Source: a virus
Taxonomy: Duplodnaviria > Heunggongvirae > Uroviricota > Caudoviricetes
Strand: one strand, 5' to 3'
Length of the DNA: 64,000 nucleotides
Virus record (IMG/VR): IMGVR_UViG_3300005831_000057
The notes under the pieces: model-generated
Database searches by the model: none
What the model saw: the letters and a program-made list of their open reading frames with translations, nothing else
Told to the model about the DNA's origin: nothing
Translations under genes and position numbers: made by a program
Part shown: in pieces, positions 40,039-47,731 of the stretch
Layout: each line of letters starts with the position of its first letter
Numbering within the stretch: the stretch's first letter is position 1

Positions 40039-41238
40039 TTATTCATTGTCAAAAATACATTCTAGCACTTTAGCCATTCTTGTAATCATCGGAACTACTA
40101 ATGCATTCCCCATGCAAAAATATCTCATTCTCTCCGTCATTCCAGTATTTGTCCAGTTATCGTCAAATCCATTTAGACGTTCAGATTCTAACGGCGTAAT
40201 TACTCTTAGTTTATTAGTGCTATTACACATTACTACGTGCGAACTTCTGTTGCAAGTACTTTCGCTAGTTAGCATAGTCCTACTAGGTCTGTCTAAGAAA
40301 TCTGGAAATGGCACTGCTCCTTCGGAATATATGTATTCATGACCAGTCTTCGAAATTCTATTTATCTTTTTAGAATTTTTAAGATATTCCCACTTAGATA
40401 TATTCTGTCCTAAGTAATACTTTTCGTCAACAACTTTTTCTAATACATCGCAAAGATTTATAGTGGTTTCTCTTTTTTCTAATACTTTAACTGTGTATAT
40501 TTCCCCGTCGCTCATATATCCCGCATTCTCAAATTCAAACATATAGTTGTCAGATACATTTTGTATATAATTATATTCTACAGTTGAATATTTTAATACC
40601 TCGCATTCACTTATTGGAAATGCTTTGCAAAAAAAACCATCCTTTGTAATTATATCTAACTTATCATCAATGTTCATCCTTTGTTTAAATTTAGTACTTG
40701 TTTTGTATGCAAATATAAATACTCTTCTCCTTCTTTGCGCTGCCCCATACGACGCTGCGTTTACAACTCGCCATTCTACGTCATATCCGAGTTTGGCAAA
40801 GCACGATAGTATTATTCCAAAATCCCTACCTCTTTGCGTTGAAGGTGATTTTAAAAGCCTATCTACATTTTCAAGCAATACAAACGGAGGACTTTTAGCT
40901 AATAATACATCCATTATAGACCACCATAGTACTCCTTTTTTACCTTTAATTCCTTCTTGACCATTCAAGCATCTGGCAACTGAATAATCTTGACATGGAA
41001 ATCCTCCTACTAATAAATTATGATTTGGAATATTTTCTTTATTTACTTCGTTTATATCTATATTTGTAAATTGATCAATATACCCATAATGTTTTAGATA
41101 ACAGTCGTGCGCCCACTGATTTTTTTTATTAGGTTCGTATTGATTAAACCACACAGTATCCCAGTCTTTATTTTGTCTTTCTAGTCCCAATCGAAATCCA
41201 CCCACACCAGCAAACAACTCGCAAACGGTCTTTTCCAT
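40039..41238 (-). CDS. DNA (cytosine-5)-methyltransferase (second copy)
   Basis: FAGVGG, GGFPCQDYS, ENV and QRRRRVF motifs. Confidence 0.85.
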   Translation of the reverse strand: MEKTVCELFAGVGGFRLGLERQNKDWDTVWFNQYEPNKKNQWAHDCYLKHYGYIDQFTNIDINEVNKENIPNHNLLVGGFPCQDYSVARCLNGQEGIKGKKGVLWWSIMDVLLAKSPPFVLLENVDRLLKSPSTQRGRDFGIILSCFAKLGYDVEWRVVNAASYGAAQRRRRVFIFAYKTSTKFKQRMNIDDKLDIITKDGFFCKAFPISECEVLKYSTVEYNYIQNVSDNYMFEFENAGYMSDGEIYTVKVLEKRETTINLCDVLEKVVDEKYYLGQNISKWEYLKNSKKINRISKTGHEYIYSEGAVPFPDFLDRPSRTMLTSESTCNRSSHVVMCNSTNKLRVITPLESERLNGFDDNWTNTGMTERMRYFCMGNALVVPMITRMAKVLECIFDNE

Positions 41239-41271
41239 TGCCCACCTCTTTTCGTTGTATTTTGTTAATTG

Positions 41272-41742
41272 CTAGAATATATCACCAAATAGACTAGTAG
41301 GTTTCTGACGCTTTACTTCGCTTTGAACAGGAATAAACTCGTTGTCACATTCGTCTTCAATATTATCTATAATTTTGCTAGATTTAAATATATTCCAAGC
41401 CTTCAAAACATCGTCTCGGTCTATTAAATAATATATGCTCTGTGGGTATGAAACTTTTATATTGTTAGACACCGAATATTTTAACGCAAAAAGAAGATAG
41501 TCGGAATCAATTCTTTTTGCAAATATTATATTGTTTATAACTTTCATTAGATTGCTAAAGACAACAGTCTTACTTATATTTTCTGCGAAGTAATCTCTTA
41601 TCTTTATTACGTTTTCTTTGTTTTTGGCACAGTCTTTGTGATATTTACGCCTATTAACTATAACAACATCCTCCCCTAAAATATCTGGGGAGTCATGCTG
41701 ACATTTAATATATGTACACTTATATATATTATCTTCTGCCAT
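41272..41742 (-). CDS. Hypothetical protein with N-terminal Cys/His cluster
   Basis: 156 aa ORF. Confidence 0.3.
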   Translation of the reverse strand: MAEDNIYKCTYIKCQHDSPDILGEDVVIVNRRKYHKDCAKNKENVIKIRDYFAENISKTVVFSNLMKVINNIIFAKRIDSDYLLFALKYSVSNNIKVSYPQSIYYLIDRDDVLKAWNIFKSSKIIDNIEDECDNEFIPVQSEVKRQKPTSLFGDIF

Positions 41743-41752
41743 AATCTACCTC

Positions 41753-42124
41753 CTAATTAAAAGGAAGTTCTTCGTCTAAATCTGTAGGGATATTCATAAA
41801 TCCATCAGATTGTGGTTTTGTTGGCAAAGGATTTGTGCTATCTAGCATTTCGAAGTCGAATACTAAAAAGTTAGTGTAGTATTTTTCATCTTGTTTTGAA
41901 GTAGTAACGTCGCAAGATTCGATCTTTACTCTTCCGTTAAATCCTACAGTTGAATTAATCTTTGTGTGTGCGTCTCCAATAAATCTTACAAACTTGGAAG
42001 AAAAGTCTGTCTCGTATTTATCGGTACTCTTATCCTTTCTACTTGTGCTAAGTTCCACAATTGAATACTTACCTTTGTTGTCTACGTTCCAAATCTTTGC
42101 ATATGCTCCAGTTCTAAATCCCAT
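41753..42124 (-). CDS. Single-stranded DNA-binding protein-like
   Basis: 123 aa with an acidic C-terminal tail ending DLDEELPF, similar to the SSB DD(I/L)PF tail. Confidence 0.45.
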   Translation of the reverse strand: MGFRTGAYAKIWNVDNKGKYSIVELSTSRKDKSTDKYETDFSSKFVRFIGDAHTKINSTVGFNGRVKIESCDVTTSKQDEKYYTNFLVFDFEMLDSTNPLPTKPQSDGFMNIPTDLDEELPFN

Positions 42125-42142
42125 AATCTATACCTCCGTTTT

Positions 42143-42724
42143 TTATTTTCTTACTTTACATAATTCGTCGTATAATCCTTTTAGTATATCTACATCTTTA
42201 ATATTTCTAGGATCTCCATCTTCAATAGCAGCTTTACATAAATCGCCTACTTTTTCTTTTGCTTTATCTGACAACTTACATTTAGCTACCATCGTATCGA
42301 AACACATCTGTCTGTATTTGGTTAAATCAATGGCAAGTTCAGTATCTTCCATTTTTTCGTAAATATAAATACCTAATCCCATTAATGCCAAACATTTAAC
42401 TAAACATCTTTGATTTGACTTGTTAGCATCCATTGACGTAATCATATCTGCTGGGATTGACTTATTTTTAAAGTCCATAATTGGCAAATAAGAAGTTTGT
42501 TTTGCGTCTTGGCTAGGAATTGTAACTGTAACATTAACCCATCCAGTCCTTCCGTCGTCAAACCACGGTCTTCCATCGGCATTAGTTCCAGTTTCAAACG
42601 TAGTGTCTGGATATTTACCTTTGATTGTAGCCCAAGCTGATGCCCAATCTAAATAAGTCAGTCCATTTTTGGTGCTTGTCCTGTCGTTTACAGAAATTTC
42701 TGATAAGTTTTTAAAATAATCCAT
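42143..42724 (-). CDS. Rad52/Sak-like single-strand annealing protein (DUF1071-like)
   Basis: GLTYLDWASAW...YPD resembles the Sak/Rad52-like SSAP signature. Adjacent to the SSB. Confidence 0.4.
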   Translation of the reverse strand: MDYFKNLSEISVNDRTSTKNGLTYLDWASAWATIKGKYPDTTFETGTNADGRPWFDDGRTGWVNVTVTIPSQDAKQTSYLPIMDFKNKSIPADMITSMDANKSNQRCLVKCLALMGLGIYIYEKMEDTELAIDLTKYRQMCFDTMVAKCKLSDKAKEKVGDLCKAAIEDGDPRNIKDVDILKGLYDELCKVRK

Positions 42725-42745
42725 GTAAATCCTCCTTTATTTTTA

Positions 42746-43120
42746 TTAAGACTCGTTAAGTCCATAAAACCCGAAAACAACAATACTTTCTCCTTTTGGA
42801 GTTGTGAAATAATCTTCAAAATATTCAATTCCTTGCTCTACACATGCATCAATATATTGCTCTTGTGTAAGAAACCCTGCATCTTTGATGCACCATTCTT
42901 TATCCTCTTCTGACATTTCATTAAAACCTTTATATATAGGCTTTCCATAAGGATCTTTCATATTTCTAACAGCTTTTTCTACTTGTGTAATTATAACAAG
43001 CTCTTCACTTACTACGTCAAATAGTCTGTGTTTTCTTTGCCAAAATATAAATGCTTCGTTAGTGCATATATTTCTGTCGCACCTAACTATTTCTTCGCCA
43101 TCTTCATTATTAAAAATCAC
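42746..43120 (-). CDS. Hypothetical protein sharing a conserved C-terminus with the ORF at 32092-32493
   Basis: 124 aa. C-terminal FTTPKGESIVVFGFYG. Confidence 0.3.
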   Translation of the reverse strand: MIFNNEDGEEIVRCDRNICTNEAFIFWQRKHRLFDVVSEELVIITQVEKAVRNMKDPYGKPIYKGFNEMSEEDKEWCIKDAGFLTQEQYIDACVEQGIEYFEDYFTTPKGESIVVFGFYGLNES

Positions 43121-43380
43121 TCTACCACTCCAATCTCTTCGATTTTTTCAACCTTTTCAGTTTCTTCAAACTCTTTTACTCCGTCTATTATAAAAAATTC
43201 TGTATGCGAACCAACATCTACAAATATTCTTCCATTTTCTTCCCAACTTCTTGAGTAATAACTCTTGTAATTCTTTGATTCAAGGAACATATTTATAGTA
43301 ATATAAGCCTCTTCCATCGATTCTACATTATTACATATCGTCACTTCTTCTCCGTTAGCTCGCATAAATATAACTTTCAT
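43117..43380 (-). CDS. Hypothetical protein
   Basis: 87 aa ORF. Confidence 0.3.
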   Translation of the reverse strand: MKVIFMRANGEEVTICNNVESMEEAYITINMFLESKNYKSYYSRSWEENGRIFVDVGSHTEFFIIDGVKEFEETEKVEKIEEIGVVE

Positions 43381-43393
43381 GTTACACCTCCAT

Positions 43394-44347
43394 TTATTTG
43401 TCTTTAATTATTGCACTTACGCCTTGAACAGTAACTTTGCTACCGTTCCATTTTTCTATTTCTTTATATTTAACAAGATTATCATTAATTGATGCTGAAA
43501 TCTTCTTGTTGGCAGTAGCTTCTGCACTAGATTTAATAATTACTGCATCTGCATCGGCTTTTGCTTTTGATAAAATCTGTTTATTCTTGTTTTGCTGCGT
43601 AATAATATTCTGTTCGGATGAAAACTTTTGGTTAATTGACTTCTGAATAGACGCATCTTGATAAGTTAATCCATTTTTCATACCTAAAACTGTAATGGTA
43701 ATTCCACGTCCACTAAAATAATCCACTACATCTTTTCTTACACTGTCCATAATAACACTTTTGTTTGCTAGCACATTATTTAACGTGTATTTTGCACACT
43801 CTTCGACAAATTTAGACTCTACTCTTGCCCTAATTTCAGTATCCATAATATTTGCTAACGTCTTATTATTGTATCTATATAAGAATTTTGTAGCATTAAA
43901 CTCGTCAATTTGAGCAGAACAGTTCATTCCGACACTGAAACCGATTGATTCTTTTGATTCAGCCATAATTACTTGATTTTTTGGGGTAGTTCCAGTCTTG
44001 CTATCGGATGTCCACTCTCTTGTTTCTGGCTTTCTTTCCACGATAACTAATTTTACTGTTGCACGATAATACCCAGAGTCTTCAAATCTTCCAGTTTGAA
44101 CCCATCTTTTAGAAATCGTGATCTCTTTTGATGCGACTTTTGCACTATTTAACGCTTCTTCTGACTTAAAAACTTCTTGATCAACTACATCTCCAGTCAA
44201 TGGAATCAAAAATGCCGTCTGCGAAGCCTCTATTGTTTTAATTTCTGGCTTATTATATGGTCTGCATCCCATAAACGAGCATGATACTAATACAAATAAT
44301 ACAACTAAAATACTTCTTCTAATTCTTACGCTTGGTTTAATTTTCAT
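43394..44347 (-). CDS. SPFH/band-7 (prohibitin-like) domain lipoprotein
   Basis: Lipobox LVSCSF. The central region resembles a band-7 domain and is followed by an Ala/Lys-rich coiled coil. Confidence 0.45.
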   Translation of the reverse strand: MKIKPSVRIRRSILVVLFVLVSCSFMGCRPYNKPEIKTIEASQTAFLIPLTGDVVDQEVFKSEEALNSAKVASKEITISKRWVQTGRFEDSGYYRATVKLVIVERKPETREWTSDSKTGTTPKNQVIMAESKESIGFSVGMNCSAQIDEFNATKFLYRYNNKTLANIMDTEIRARVESKFVEECAKYTLNNVLANKSVIMDSVRKDVVDYFSGRGITITVLGMKNGLTYQDASIQKSINQKFSSEQNIITQQNKNKQILSKAKADADAVIIKSSAEATANKKISASINDNLVKYKEIEKWNGSKVTVQGVSAIIKDK

Positions 44348-44615
44348 CTTTCTCTCCTTTTACTAAATAAATAAGTTTACGAGTTGCATATTTTATATCA
44401 TTTCCAAAAACTATTGCTGCCAAAACTAAATAGCTTGCAAAACTAACATTTTTAATATTATTATATAGCCTAAACGCACCAGATTCGATTTCTCCGCCAT
44501 TCAACTGCTTAAGGCACATACTTGTAGATACTGATGGCTCAAACGCTTCTATAAGGCAAATAGATGTAATAACCACTAATGCATATATTATAATTTTAAT
44601 AACCATATTCTTCAT
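44337..44615 (-). CDS. Small membrane protein
   Basis: 92 aa with two hydrophobic helices. Overlaps the SPFH gene start. Confidence 0.35.
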   Translation of the reverse strand: MKNMVIKIIIYALVVITSICLIEAFEPSVSTSMCLKQLNGGEIESGAFRLYNNIKNVSFASYLVLAAIVFGNDIKYATRKLIYLVKGEKDEN

Positions 44616-44814
44616 ATCTTATCGCCCTTTCTTTCTTATCAATAGTTTCGTCTACATCAGTCAAGGCTGCTCTTGCTTTTATGTAATCTTGATTATCTGT
44701 AGTATCAAATCTTCCTACTTGTGTGTATTTGTCAAGCAAAACTAATATGTCTGATCTTTGCCTTCTCAATTCAACTACTTCTTTCCTAGTTCTTGTAATA
44801 TCTTCTTTCGTCAT
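44596..44814 (-). CDS. Hypothetical protein
   Basis: 72 aa ORF. Confidence 0.3.
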   Translation of the reverse strand: MTKEDITRTRKEVVELRRQRSDILVLLDKYTQVGRFDTTDNQDYIKARAALTDVDETIDKKERAIRYEEYGY

Positions 44815-44967
44815 AATTCCTCCTATTTAATTAATTTGTTGGCATAAAATTAAGACCATCCAAAATATATCAATATATAACTCTTTGGTCTTATTGTGCC
44901 TAAACACAGAGTTTTCATCATATGGGTTTTGTTTGCTGTTAGAATCCTATACAAGATTCGTAATATA

Positions 44968-46473
44968 TTACATAATCTCTTTTAAAATATCTTCTAATGG
45001 CTGATATCTTTCAGAGTTAAGTACGTCTAACAATACTTCATATGGATCCATTTTGTCAGATAACACCATCTTGAAAGTGTTTACTGAAAATCCACTTACT
45101 AAGGCAACTCCAAGTTCATTTTGAATTACTGGAATAGTACTGCTTCTTGAACATACATTCCAAAATACCAACCTTGGCATATTATATCCATGATCTTTGA
45201 AATCTTGTGTTAGCTTGTCAAAGATTCTTACTTCTGCATTTTCTTTGCATTCGTCAAATTCCATATCGGATATAACCAAAATATTACTTGGCAAATCCTC
45301 TTGTTTCATATTGCCATTAATCGCAGTGTCGAGAATAAGCTTAAACACAGCCTCGATGTCGGTGTTACTTACTTCCCATTCATCATTAGCTCTGTGAAGT
45401 TTTGCCAATAATGAATCGCGTCCGCTTAAATCGACAAGCTGAGGTTTACTTGAAAACGTAATAAACTTATCCTTAAACTCTCCACTACACCTTTCTGAAA
45501 AATATATAGAAAGTGAAGTAGCTACATCGTGTGCAGTTACAGTGGTATTTCCTACACTTGTACCCATACTACCCGAACCATCTCTTACGACAATTGTATT
45601 CGAATTTCCATCAACAATATCTTTCTGATTAGCCCACAACATTTCAAGATTACTGTCTAAGTCTGTGCGATACTCACTTTTATACCTAGAAACTATCTCG
45701 TATGGCATAAGAACTCCAGCGTTAACAGTCTCTTCTCCACTTTTAACCTTCTCTATAAACTCTGAACGCCTTGCTTCGTCATGCTTATAGAACGCTGCGT
45801 TGTAAAGAAGATTATTCTTTGATGTAATTGTCTTGTAGTTAATTTCATCCCATCTTCCACTACACATTTTAACTTCTACCACGTCGATATATCTTCTAAG
45901 ACTTGATAATGCTTTTCTATATTCCTTTTCAGTAAGTCCAAGATATCCGCTTACAATTTTTCCAAGTCTCTTAGTATTCTTAGAGCTTGCATTAATAGAT
46001 GGTAGCCACTTACCAAGCAATGAAACTTCTTGATCATTGTCTAAAGCATTAAGATCTTGATCAAGAGTACGTTTGATCATTGATAATACTAATTCTGACA
46101 ACTTTGTGTCTAGTAAGCATAAAATGTCGTCGAATCTTCCATAGAAAGGAATAAACTTAATTAAATCCTTTACCACTTCTTTGTTGTTTTCAGCCAAATA
46201 GCAAATAATAATCTTGAACAAATTTCTTTCTCCTAGTCCTTCTCTTATATCTCTGGCGTAAAATAACCACTTGATTGAATTCTTTGCATCTTCGTCATAA
46301 GCCTTAACAAAAGATTTGATAATTTCTTCACTCGTAGAATTTCTAAATGAAGAAACTTTAAAATTTAAATCCAATAAATATTTTCCAGTAGTCTTATATC
46401 CTAAACCACCATTCTCTGTGATACTAAAATTGTTATCTAAATCTAACTGTTTTTCTAATTTTGTAATAAACAT
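44968..46473 (-). CDS. TROVE-like + vWA protein related to Ro60/Rsr (DUF2828-like)
   Basis: C-terminal vWA MIDAS VVRDGSGSMGT...T...D. The ~290-aa helical N-terminal region is compatible with TROVE. AGAGGA RBS. Confidence 0.55.
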   Translation of the reverse strand: MFITKLEKQLDLDNNFSITENGGLGYKTTGKYLLDLNFKVSSFRNSTSEEIIKSFVKAYDEDAKNSIKWLFYARDIREGLGERNLFKIIICYLAENNKEVVKDLIKFIPFYGRFDDILCLLDTKLSELVLSMIKRTLDQDLNALDNDQEVSLLGKWLPSINASSKNTKRLGKIVSGYLGLTEKEYRKALSSLRRYIDVVEVKMCSGRWDEINYKTITSKNNLLYNAAFYKHDEARRSEFIEKVKSGEETVNAGVLMPYEIVSRYKSEYRTDLDSNLEMLWANQKDIVDGNSNTIVVRDGSGSMGTSVGNTTVTAHDVATSLSIYFSERCSGEFKDKFITFSSKPQLVDLSGRDSLLAKLHRANDEWEVSNTDIEAVFKLILDTAINGNMKQEDLPSNILVISDMEFDECKENAEVRIFDKLTQDFKDHGYNMPRLVFWNVCSRSSTIPVIQNELGVALVSGFSVNTFKMVLSDKMDPYEVLLDVLNSERYQPLEDILKEIM

Positions 46474-46512
46474 AATCTTCCTCTTTTCTTTTCATTTTTT
46501 TATTTAATCACT

Positions 46513-46562
46513 AGATACCATATTCATCGCATATGATTTTTTTAATTTGCTGCGTGTACCTA
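46513..46562. repeat. Direct repeat copy R1 (core TTCATCGCATATGATTTTTTTAATTTGCTGCGTGTACC)
   Basis: Near-identical to R4. Read directly from the sequence. Confidence 0.8.
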
Positions 46563-46586
46563 TGATTATGTTTTATTTTTTACTTA

Positions 46587-46627
46587 CAAGATGCCATATT
46601 TCATCGCATATGATTTTTAATTTGCTG
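46587..46627. repeat. Direct repeat copy R2 (CAAGATGCCATATTTCATCGCATATGATTTTTAATTTGCTG)
   Basis: Shares the core with R1 and R4. Directly flanks the tRNA-like element. Confidence 0.8.
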
Positions 46628-46639
46628 TTAACATCTTAA

Positions 46640-46752
46640 TCGACACAGTAGGGCTCGAACCTACGACATATAGTTTTCTTTTTTATTGCTGTATAAATAT
46701 TTTACAATATTTTAAATTTTGCTATCGCTCTCCCAGCTGAGCTATGTGTCGA
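46640..46752 (-). ncRNA. tRNA-like ncRNA with a ~50-nt expansion replacing the anticodon arm; candidate Y-RNA-like (YrlA-type) RNA
   Basis: On the minus strand: a perfect 7-bp acceptor stem (CGACACA/TGTGTCG), a D-arm GCTCAGCTGGGAGAGC and a T-arm GTAGGTTCGAGCCCTAC. ~50 nt of AT-rich insert with an AAATATT-GTAA-AATATTT hairpin lies between the D- and T-arms. No CCA is encoded. Confidence 0.5.
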
Positions 46753-46782
46753 ATCTACTAGATGCGCTTTAACTTTAAAATA

Positions 46783-46807
46783 GTTTTTTTAATTTGCTGC
46801 TTACATC
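46783..46807. repeat. Partial direct repeat copy R3 (TTTTTTTAATTTGCTGCTTACATC)
   Basis: Matches the 3' half of R1/R2/R4. Flanks the tRNA-like element on the other side. Confidence 0.6.
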
Positions 46808-46817
46808 TATTTTTTTA

Positions 46818-46870
46818 CAAGATACGTTATTTTCATCGCATATGATTTTTTTAATTTGCTGCGTGTACCT
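46818..46870. repeat. Direct repeat copy R4 (CAAGATACG...TTCATCGCATATGATTTTTTTAATTTGCTGCGTGTACCT)
   Basis: 38/38 identity with the R1 core. Located at the predicted 5' end of the transcript from the 46881-46909 promoter. Confidence 0.8.
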
Positions 46871-46880
46871 TACTTTAATC

Positions 46881-46909
46881 ATTATATCATACTTATTTTT
46901 GCTTGTCAA
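46881..46909 (-). promoter_or_regulatory. Perfect-consensus sigma-A promoter (minus strand): TTGACA-N17-TATAAT with an A-tract UP element
   Basis: Reverse complement reads AAAAAAAGTGTTGACAagcaaaaataagtatgaTATAAT. Confidence 0.6.
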
Positions 46910-46960
46910 CACTTTTTTTATTTATTTTTTTATTTAATTTGCATCAACTACTATAAAAAT

Positions 46961-46989
46961 ATTATATCATGTATATTTCAAGATGTCAA
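46961..46989 (-). promoter_or_regulatory. Second perfect-consensus sigma-A promoter in tandem (minus strand)
   Basis: Reverse complement reads AAAAAAAGTATTGACAtcttgaaatatacatgaTATAAT. Confidence 0.6.
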
Positions 46990-46997
46990 TACTTTTT

Positions 46998-47720
46998 TTA
47001 AATTATTACTAAGTTATTTATATAATCTCTATTCTTTGTGAATATTGGTATTTCGTTATCGATCACCCATTCGCCAAGTCCGTTTCTTATGGCGCAAGAT
47101 CCTCTTTTGAAACTAGTCTCGACATTATTCCAATTAATATCCTTCTCCATCAACATATCTTGTACCTCCGACGTATTCTTAAATTGTAAAGACTTGTGAG
47201 AAAATACCGACTGAGCCAATCCATTTATACTATTCCTTGTGGCATCTTGCTGTCGCCAAACTAAGCAGTTAGCAGCGTCTCCTTTTGGTATGTTGAAAAC
47301 TCTTGAGTCAAATGTAGCACTCTTAAGTTTTTCATATTTATCTATATTGCAACCGTCTATTCTACTACATATACTCTTATTAAATTCCAAAGTAGCAATA
47401 GAAGCTGAAACGCTTACCATCTTTTGGATATTATTACTAAACCAAGGCTGAGTTTCAAGTCTAAAATAATCCACTATCAATAGCGTTATTTCGTCAGACT
47501 GTGTATACCCAAGCACGCAACCTTGTATTTTCTTGCACAATTGTAGCATCGTATCTTGCATCGCACCAGATAAAACTGTGTCGTATGGACGATCTATTCC
47601 TTTGGCTAAAGTGTGAAACGCACAGCCGTCAAGTCTTATAATGACTGGAGTTCGTCTCATTAATTCTCCATTACTAACTCTTTCATAAGCCTTCATTCTA
47701 TCTCCTAGCGAATCTACCAT
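46998..47720 (-). CDS. Thg1-like protein (tRNA-His guanylyltransferase family 3'-5' polymerase, TLP)
   Basis: KAYERV, VIIRLDGCAFHTL, GYTQSDEITLL, VWRQQDATRNSINGL and the C-terminal block align with the Thg1/TLP hallmarks (KFEYVR, VVVRLDGRNFHRF, AYGQSDEYSF, SWRQADCHINNL). Confidence 0.85.
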   Translation of the reverse strand: MVDSLGDRMKAYERVSNGELMRRTPVIIRLDGCAFHTLAKGIDRPYDTVLSGAMQDTMLQLCKKIQGCVLGYTQSDEITLLIVDYFRLETQPWFSNNIQKMVSVSASIATLEFNKSICSRIDGCNIDKYEKLKSATFDSRVFNIPKGDAANCLVWRQQDATRNSINGLAQSVFSHKSLQFKNTSEVQDMLMEKDINWNNVETSFKRGSCAIRNGLGEWVIDNEIPIFTKNRDYINNLVII

Positions 47721-47731
47721 AAACTCACCTC

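Noticed and set aside
46640-46752. Canonical tRNA gene (possibly an integrase attachment target)
   Set aside because: The acceptor, D- and T-arms are perfect, but ~113 nt is ~37 nt too long and no standard anticodon stem-loop can be drawn. It is treated as a tRNA-like ncRNA instead. An intron-containing tRNA cannot be fully excluded without folding tools.
46513-46870. The ~40-bp direct repeats could be a CRISPR array
   Set aside because: There are only four copies. One is partial. Spacing is irregular (26 to 190 bp). One interval contains a tRNA-like gene. There are no adjacent cas genes, since the Cas4-like nuclease is 10 kb away in a replication context.
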